From positions 2,685,122 to 2,749,121 of the forward strand of contig JBNZDD010013632.1 of NCBI GenBank assembly GCA_050575255.1: a stretch of DNA of 64,000 nucleotides, read 5' to 3'. Source of the DNA: Harriotta raleighana (taxonomy: Eukaryota). How positions within the stretch are numbered: position 1 is the stretch's first letter; every line of letters starts with the position of its first letter. The translations under genes were made by a program, and so were the position numbers. Below, piece after piece: positions 55,145 through 64,000 of the stretch. Under the pieces are notes generated by a model. It was given only the letters and a program-made list of their open reading frames with translations. It ran no database searches and was not told the origin of the DNA.

Positions 55145-55348
55145 GCCAGAAGACTTCCCTGCTTTTTTTGAAATTGTGTTGCCGTATCTTTGACGTCCAC
55201 CTGAATAGACAGACAGACATCGAGTAGCAGCTGATCCATAGGACTGCAATAGTACAGGACTCACTGGGGCCTAAAAGCAGATGATTCACTGATGTGGGGT
55301 TCGAATCCATAACCTTTAATCCAGAGACAAGAGTATTCTGAGACTGAT
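55145..55348 (-). mobile_element. Degraded DeuSINE-like fragment
   Basis: ccctgcttttttt...atctttgacgtccacctgaa..gacagac and gtggggttcgaatccataacctt..ccagagacaagagt parallel 31620-31845. Confidence 0.5.
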
Positions 55349-57921
55349 ACATCAATGCAATATTCCTTGTGTTCTACAGATGTTACTATCTGAAGCAAAA
55401 TAAAAGTGACACCAAATTCATCTGCTTCAGAAACAGATGGATTTTCTTTGGAGGAGTTTCTCATGCACCATGAGATGTGACTATTCTTCCTCTAACTGAC
55501 ATCAACCTGAATATAGTCAGTGGCTAAAGAATACCATTTATCTTCACTAATGGATGTGCAATATTGATTTTACCTCAAGACTTCAATCTCTTACTCTCCC
55601 TTTCCATTGGAATCTTTGTTTTCATGCACTATTTTATCAATAATGCAATGGTAATTGCTCCTTTGGTCTTTCTGCCCACGTTCCTTCCCAGCTTCCTACA
55701 CACTGGGAAGTAAGCACACTAGTAAATATCAATCAAAATATTGATGTGTAAATGCAATGGGTGTGAACTGAATTCTCTGGTCAGAAACACGCCTGTAAAG
55801 TTCTAGAATGGCCAAAAAGCTTTTAAAGAATAGTTTAAAACTTCTCAAGGCATAAATCATTGAAGGTGATTTTTTTAGAAAAGGACCCTAAATATGTTCT
55901 TTTAATTTTACACCACCATAAAATGGAACAATGTGCGACCATTCCCAGCAACAAGATCTGACAGTCCTGTGGATGTTAGGGGTTTATTTTTATTTGAAAT
56001 TAAACAGTACAAAAAAAATGACACATATCTTGAGCAAATGATTTGTATGTTGGACCAAAAATATTTCATTTGACTGATACCCAGTTCTCATTTGACAGCC
56101 TCTTTACCGCTTCCTGTTTCTGGCAGAATATTCTTTCTCTTGTTAGAAGAAATACAAATGGGAAAACTCTTAGACAGTCACACTTTGGGCTTTCACATTG
56201 AATCTTTATTTAGTTTGAGGGTCTTTGGGTGAAGAGCGTCATCCACATTTTATGCTTTAATGAGAAACCTGTCAATTGTCTTTGAGATTTACATGGAGCA
56301 AAATATTGCAGCAATTTATACATGAATGAAAACTCACTAAGAACTTGTTTGGAAATTCTCCCCTAATCAAAGTAGATAATATGTGGATAAGAATCCTGTC
56401 AGTTTTGAATCTTAGTGACAGACTTTTCAGCAACTAAATTTTCAATTGTGATGGCAAGAAATCATCAAAGCTTTGTTAACAATGGACAGGAGTAATGACT
56501 TGGTCCTTTGTCAGTAGTGAGCTATTTAAATAGGGTGGGAGTTTGGGTCTTTCATATACAGTCAGTCAATTTTATGGCAGCAGTATAACAAAAATAACTA
56601 GAGAGATTCTTAAAGTTGTATGTGAAGCTTGTCTCTAATAATTACTTGTGGTACTACCTCAAACCCGTCTTTATAGACAGATAGTGTGAAAGCCCTCTGA
56701 GAATGACAACAGCATTTTTGCAGCTAGATTTTAATTGTGTAGTTAATTTCAAGAAAGTCTCGATTTAGGAATTTTCTTTTAATAGTGGTAGATTGGAGAG
56801 ACACAAACTGATGTATTAACAACCACATTACTCCTTTTTTTAAAGTACAACATTGAAGAAAAATTCAGCAAGTGAGAATGATGGCCAATAAAATTGTGCC
56901 GTTTGTTCAGTGAGTATTTAGTGAAAATGTCAAATAAAAAGCTTGTTCACAGCTAATTTTAAGTAGCATTAACTGAGCACTTTAATCCTGGCCACTTTTT
57001 TACAGGAGTCTTAGAGGAACCCCATGAATGAAAATAACAGCTACATCTTATCTGAAACAAGGTGGGAAACAAATCAGAGTTCATACTTAATCATGTGGGT
57101 AGTTTTCTTTTGCATTCAAAAAGGAACAAAATCAATGACCTTCCTTCGCCGACAGTACACTGGACTCTTACACAGAAAGAGGTAGAAAATAATACATGGG
57201 ATGGTTAAGGCCAACAGTGGTGAGATAAATAGGTCCACTAGTGAGTCTGACTTGACAGCTGACAAATAAATAATTCACTTGTGGCTTATAACCAGCCTGA
57301 AGAGGAGACATGCACTGCAATCTATTGGTAACTACTGAAAGAATTGTTCAAGAGAGGAAAAATAAACTTTAAGGAATATATTTATAGTTTTCTACCTATG
57401 AAATACAATAGAACTTGCTTCTTGTCAATTATGAAGCTGCATTTCAGTACTTGAAGTTATACCTATAGTACCTTTAATATACCTAGATGAACAGAAATTC
57501 AGAAATTTAAATCCATGCTCATATCTCAGGGTTACCAGACCTTTGGTGCCTGATATATATTAAATTATGTCTGTCAGTTTCCACTACGAAGATACATATA
57601 AAAGAGTTGACAGAGATAAAAAAAAACCCACACAATTTGATACTCAGGAAATGATCACTAGGCTTTAAACTACACACAAATGTCAGATTGATCTGAACCA
57701 TACAAGGTCAAGGCATAATTGGTTTAATTCTCAACGTTCAGTCGACAATTATCCAATAACCTTAAAACTTAGAGCTGAATATTTCTTCCAGTGCGAGGCT
57801 GAAGTAAAAAAATGTCACCAACCCCCACCCCCGTTTGCCAATCAAAGTAGTTTAATTTTCATTTCCGATGTCCTCGAGCACTATTTTGCAACATACTTTC
57901 TGATGAACTCCAATTTGATAT

Positions 57922-58157
57922 AAACAAAATGCAAAATACTGCAGAGCTGGAAGTCTAAACAAAAACAGAAATCGCTGGGAACAATCAGCAGGTCAGGCAG
58001 CATCTATGGAAAAAAGTAAGTGAGTCAACGTTTCGGGTCCACAATCCTTCATCCGCTCTGATGAAGGGTCACAGACCCGAAACGTTGACTGACTTTCCTT
58101 TCTCCATAGATGCTGCCTGACCTGTTGAGTGTTCCCAGCAATTTCTGTTTTTGTTTC
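57922..58157. mobile_element. Palindromic (fold-back) element, probably Penelope-like terminal repeats in inverted arrangement
   Basis: Arms of about 97 bp (57957-58053 and 58060-58156) are near-perfect reverse complements with a ~6-nt spacer. The right arm begins CTGATGA-AGGGTCACAGACCC-GAAAC. A lone arm is present at 41712-41822. Confidence 0.8.
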
Positions 58158-59584
58158 CAATCTGATGTAACCCATTAGATATGGTATATACCGGCTGAGC
58201 ACTAAGAGCTAAGAATACAGAATGAATTTAATTTTAGCAATGGAGTTGAATTGAATTGAATTAAATCCACTGTGTTTGAACTTTGATCTAATGCTCATTC
58301 TGATCCCATAAGATGACAACTTCTTTTGTATTCTCATGTTGGGAGAATTTATGGTTGAGACAAAACTCCTGGTTGTCATATAATACACTGTGCTAATCTT
58401 TATGTTAATTCATTTAAGTATACGTAAATAGAAATGTTCTAATTCCCAGCATTGAGCCTAACTTTTCATTCAGAGGAGTGCCAATTCACCATTCATTTGA
58501 TTTTAAACTGAGAGGATGCCTTGCAAATAGCTGTGATTTGGGAAAAAAAAGATATCCATGAAATACTGTATAACTGCTAGACATAACTACAGTGACCAAA
58601 AGGTTGTGATATTATTGCAATTCGAATAACTCTTAAATATTTTTTTTCAGATAATATCACAAATTTTGGTCGCCCTGTTTATAGACATCCACAAAAAGAC
58701 ATCCATGAAATATAACTAAACATAACTCCTACCCATCAGAAACATGATTTATGTTAATTACGGGCTTCTGAAGTACTGCAGGCAGCAGCAATATTTGTCT
58801 AGGAGATTGTCATGAATGGCGTAGAACTATTCTAGAGGTAGAGGTGCATGAATTATTAAAGACGTATTTCCCAATGAACTGTCATATGATACCTTTTCTG
58901 CTCCAAGGCTAAAAATAATACCTGCTTTAAATTCAAAATGTACATATGTTTATACACAGTGAAATAGGAAAGGTTACTAAGGAGTAAAAACAAAATTGCA
59001 GAACAGTGAATAGGTACACAGTATTTTGTTTCCCTTTTGTAGTTTCTAACATTGGATTATCAGTCTTCCTATAGACCCACTGGATTTATGTGGGAATATA
59101 GATTCTAACTGGGTAATCTACTGAGACCTTTTTAACCATTTTCCAATAATGCAAAACATAGCCCTTCGCTTCTACAAGTAGTTCTGTCTCAATATTTTTT
59201 TAACCAAAATTGGAAATATGTTTCCTTCAACTTTTTGGACATTGTGTGATTTCACTGCTGTCTTTCTAGGTTTATGAGTAAAGGGCAACATCAAAAGAAA
59301 CACAAAAACAATCACAAAGGCAGGCATTTCATTTCCTTGGGCTTGTAAACATATTGGGGAATGTTGAAAAATAATTGTTTAGAAACTTATTTGAAAATGA
59401 TTTACATGAACAATTGCCTTGTGTTTATTCCCTGAAGAACAACCCTGGCGGTCTTGTCTCTGCTACCAACAAGAGGTTTTGAACAGTCTCACTTAGGGTA
59501 CCACCACCCACATGAAAAATAGGAAGAATCACTTCTATCTAAAGCTTATTATAAAAGCATGGCACAAGTTAAAAAAGAACTCAC

Positions 59585-59626
59585 CACATGTAGAATCTTA
59601 TTTTCAGTTTCATAAACTGTGCAATC
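59585..59626 (-). CDS. CNKSR2: CNKSR2-type exon (equivalent to exon 5)
   Basis: gcag|GATTGC...CATGTG|gtgagt; 42 nt, phase 0/0. DCTVYETENKILHV, identical to the recalled CNKSR2 peptide. Confidence 0.95.
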
Positions 59627-60771
59627 CTGCAAGAAAAGGGTATAAGAGGTCACCATGTGTATTCCACTATTATAGCAGTTGATGTTACTGAAGTTACTGA
59701 TGTTACAGTATCTAAGCACAGACCATTATTGTCTAGTGAATAACATGAAAATCAATAACAGTATAAATATAAGGAGCCAAAATCAAATTGAGAAAAGCAA
59801 CTTGATAAATTATAAGTCAATTAATGTGATAGCTTCAGTAGTTTGGTTTCTACGATGATTTAAATGGTATTTGTCAGCTCTGCTGTGGCACATAGCTTCA
59901 CGTAAGTTTTATTCAAGTTGTAGTACGTATTTCTAAGATGGGAAACTTAAACAACAAACCAACAGTAACAAATTGAGATATTTTACAAAACTTTTTGAAA
60001 AAACAATCAAAGGATGAAATGGAGTGTTCACATGCAGTATATTTCTTAAACAATCCCAAGGTTGCTTCTCAACATCCATAATATTAGCCTTCTATTTATT
60101 GAATTGTTTTTTACCTCAGTACAAAGGCACTGTGGGAGTCTCAGAATCAATACTGGCTTTATCATAGGTTAGTGCCTGTGCTCTGCTTTGATTTTTTTTA
60201 AATAGATATATTTTTAAAAACAAACGTCATTTGTACAAATCAGACCATAATACACAACTTTGTTTTCTTTTCCAGATTAATTTACTGGAAATTTCCAAAC
60301 TTATCTGCAATTCTGTTCTTCATTATATTCCAGATGTAGTTTCAGAAATCTATATTTATTGTTCTTGTATGGGTCTTTTTTCTCTTGAAAGCTTTCAAAG
60401 TTATGCATTTCCTGGGCTACCTATTTGGCTTTGAATATCATCTTCCAGCTGTTTCATCTGACCAGGAACAATCTATCTGGTGTTGAGTAAATCAAACACC
60501 CATTGAACCTGAAGTTCACTTAATTGTTATTAAATCCATTGGCATTGATGGCTCAGTGTGTGAATTGTACATGATTTCATATCCTCATCCTTTCATTGTA
60601 GCATTAACAAAAATGTCATTCATGATGCAGAACAAAAATGGATTAGCAAAATATTATTTTCAACACCCAAACTTAATACTACACAACTGCTAAATCCTGG
60701 CTATAACATTTTAGGAGTCCACCTTATGTCAAGATATTCAACTTTCAGTTGTAACATCAGTTGTTTATACA

Positions 60772-60935
60772 ATACAATATTACATTGTACAGTGCCTCTC
60801 ATGTCAGGAGAACATCCTGGACAATTAAGGATTTTGACCCGTTGGGGGTGGGAAGGGTGTGGAGGGCAGGGAAGTTTCCGAAGGCTCGTTCGAAGGGGAG
60901 GGTTTTGAGACATGCCTTGAAGGAGGCAAGGGAAA
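60772..60935 (-). mobile_element. L2-type LINE 3' end
   Basis: atattacattgtacagtgcctctcatgtcaggagaacatcctggaca...gagggttttgagacatgccttgaaggaggcaag. Shorter tails of the same kind occur near 10647, 27980, 31996, 39016 and 46683. Confidence 0.7.
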
Positions 60936-62988
60936 GAGCCTTTAATAAATTTTAAAAAACATAATTGTTTATGTTGAAAATGTAAATTTTAAAGAGGAAC
61001 AGATATCGAGTATTGAAGCAATACTTTGCATACCAAAAGTGTTTAAAACATATTCTGTTATAGATTTCTTAGCAATTATATTAATGTACCTTGGAAAATA
61101 AACACAAAAAGATATCTCTTTTCCAGTTGTTTTCATGTGAATCCGCTTTCAAGATGTTTTATAACACACGGAGCCTTGAAACTAATGCCATTGCTGCTGT
61201 GTAAATCCATTTACACCTCATCATCAAAGAAAATATGATCAAAGCCAAAGGTGATCATTCCCTGTTCTTGCTTTGAATTTCACTGAATGAAGGTCCATAC
61301 CCCGTGATCTTGGTGCATCACATGTTAGCAGACAGAAATTATGTTGGAGTTATCTTTTGAGATTTGCAGTCAGTTCAGGGAAGACTGTAATATGCTTGCA
61401 GCACCTACTGAAAGGATCTTCTTGATTGAAATTCATTCAACACCAGCATTGGCTCTTTCATAATTATTGTAAATAATGTGACCAATCTCTTCATTCATTA
61501 CATTCGTTCATCCAGAAGGAACATGTCTTTTCATAATATAATATTGAAATCAGATGTGACTTTCAACGTGAATAATTATTTAAGTCATGATAAAATCACA
61601 AAGGTTTCAGAAAATGACTGTTGCAACAAAAAGAGTAAAGAAGATAGTCTTCCCTGTGAAATATTGAACGACCCAGTTAATTCAATAAAACTATATTCAC
61701 CTCAGTGTGCACATAATTCAGAGAGATCCATGCGTAGCAAGACCAAATGTTCACAAGCATTTAAAAAGACTCGATCAGAATGAGTTATTTTGATAAATTA
61801 AACTGCTCATTTTAAGATAAAGCAAATCCGGATCCAGTAATTTGGCAAGACTATTTGCACAAGTGAACTGAGCGAATTAACTATCCAAAATATCACAAGT
61901 AGAAAAACATTGCTGAACATTCTTGCCAGTTCACAGAACACACTGCAAAAATTAAGAAAAAGAGGTGTTGCATAAACAGTTTGCTGTATTGTATCATCAG
62001 TACTCAGTAGCCTGAAGAAGGAAGGTAAGATGATATTGTGCCTGTCATAAGGAAGTATAATTTGTGAACGTTAATGGTCTATTGGCAATGCAGCACACAC
62101 TACATATGAATAAGGACCTTCTAAGCTTTCTATGCTAAAGCATAAATGCATAGCAATTTATTATCAATTTACTGGTTCTATAAAGCTCTGAGCTGTAACT
62201 GGCTGGACTGCACAATGGCTGGATGCCATAGTGCAATGCAGAGCAGTCAGTTCTTTAAGAAGCTAATCCACAGAGCAGTAGAGAAATATAAAAAATTCCT
62301 CTGTAAAATACTGTACAATTAAACAAATTTGAAATTCGATATCACTTTCAGAAGAAAAATGCAAAATTAATATTAAAATGATATCATGCAGTGCAGAACC
62401 AAGAATAGGTTGCTCTCAATAAAAAAATAATTTCTGATCATTCTTGCATTTTTATGATTCTAGAAGAACTTATCCAGTATTTGAATAAATATATCTGACA
62501 GGATTACAAATCACTTATGGTTGAATGCAGCGGTCACATCAAAAGTATAGTATTTCTTAACAATCAAAACAATTGCCCATAAAGTGCGGATATAAGGTAT
62601 AAAAACATCTTATCCCTTCTGTTAGTTTGGATCTCTCTTCCTAACCCTTTCCATTTCCTAAGTTTTTGGAGCAACTCGATTTCAGTCATTAAAAAGGTAT
62701 CCGACTTTACTTTTAAAAGCAAACAGACAAAGGGTATAACGTGAATGAAACTGTATCGAAGCATCATTAATTGTCTTTTCCTGTATGTGCTGTTTCTTCT
62801 CCTCTGCAATCAAATCAAGCACATCTGTGACTTGATATCTTTTGACTCGAGCATGTCCTGTAATCAAATCTATCTGAAGTTGCCAAAACCACAAATAAAC
62901 TTTCCAAATCTAAAAATCAAATACAACTTTCATAGTATTGTCAAAAAAAATCTTGAATCTCTCCTTGGGGGGTGAGGGGGGAATATTA

Positions 62989-63177
<189 letters not shown>

Positions 63178-64000
63178 TCAACATGGAATGATCACAACAG
63201 CTAAATGATGCAGTCTCACTTTCTTAATTGCAGCCAAAGTACAACCACGTTAAGAAGTACATATGAAGGTACAGTATATGAATCATAAGCATCAGATGCA
63301 GTACATGAAAGTGTTAGAATGGCTGTGATTTAAGTGTTTACTGTGGGTAAAATGACAGTCCTTAATGTGTATGGTTTTCTGTTACTCAATCAGAATTCCT
63401 GTGTGGCATTTCATCTCAAACATCAGAATTTAATTCATTTCGAAATAGAAACTTGGAAAACAATTCAATTTTACAAGTTCGTTAATTAATCTGATTCACA
63501 ATTTGTAAGTGGTGTCACCAGAGCCGTAATTGATTCAAGCATCTGAAACAAACATCCCTTTTCACATTGGCAGAAGTACAACCGGATGTCATATGTTATG
63601 TTCACCCAAACTGTTGGTTCAGCTTGAAAACGAGTACATATGATTCAATTAGTCTGTGAAAGCATAATCACAATGAACAATGCAGACCAGAACTTTGAGA
63701 GAACATACAGCTCAAAACTGTGCTAAGCTTTTCATGTATATTATTCATCCTAAAACATGCTACACCCAACACAAGAATAACAATTTGTGTTTATATTGTG
63801 ACCTTCACATAGGATAATGTCACAGAGTGCTTCACAAGAATGGGAATGTATGTCTGGAGGGGGAGAGAATAAGGTGGCCACTGGTATGATCGAAGAGGTA
63901 GATTTCAAGGCAAAACTTTAGCCTGAAAGAGGGTGCAAGATGGAGGCATAGAGAGAGTTACAAAGGTTAGAAACATAGGACCAAACACATATACACTGTA

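Overview
AT-rich vertebrate genomic DNA, not prokaryotic. The repeat content (tRNA-headed L2-tailed SINEs, a DeuSINE/SacSINE1-like element, CR1 ends, a palindromic Penelope-type repeat) suggests a cartilaginous fish, possibly a holocephalan; this is inference. The whole window lies inside one minus-strand CNK/MAGUIN scaffold gene of the CNKSR2 type. Ten internal coding exons, equivalent to human CNKSR2 exons 4-13 (end of CRIC, PDZ, DUF1170/Pro-Ser-rich linker), were reconstructed with canonical AG/GT sites and one continuous frame of 1201 coding nt. The SAM/CRIC start lies beyond the right edge, and no PH-domain exons were recognised, so they presumably lie beyond the left edge. Almost all other ORFs in the track are spurious. 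Most notable: (1) the linker exons are strongly diverged while the CRIC/PDZ exons are nearly invariant, so this may be a fourth CNK paralogue; (2) a ~200-bp fold-back element with a hammerhead-ribozyme-like core; (3) two inverted MITE pairs that bracket in-frame exon blocks; (4) a GC-rich composite repeat island; (5) six single-N junctions flanked by slightly different duplicates, likely assembly artefacts. Comparisons with known proteins and repeat consensus sequences were made from memory, with no database search.
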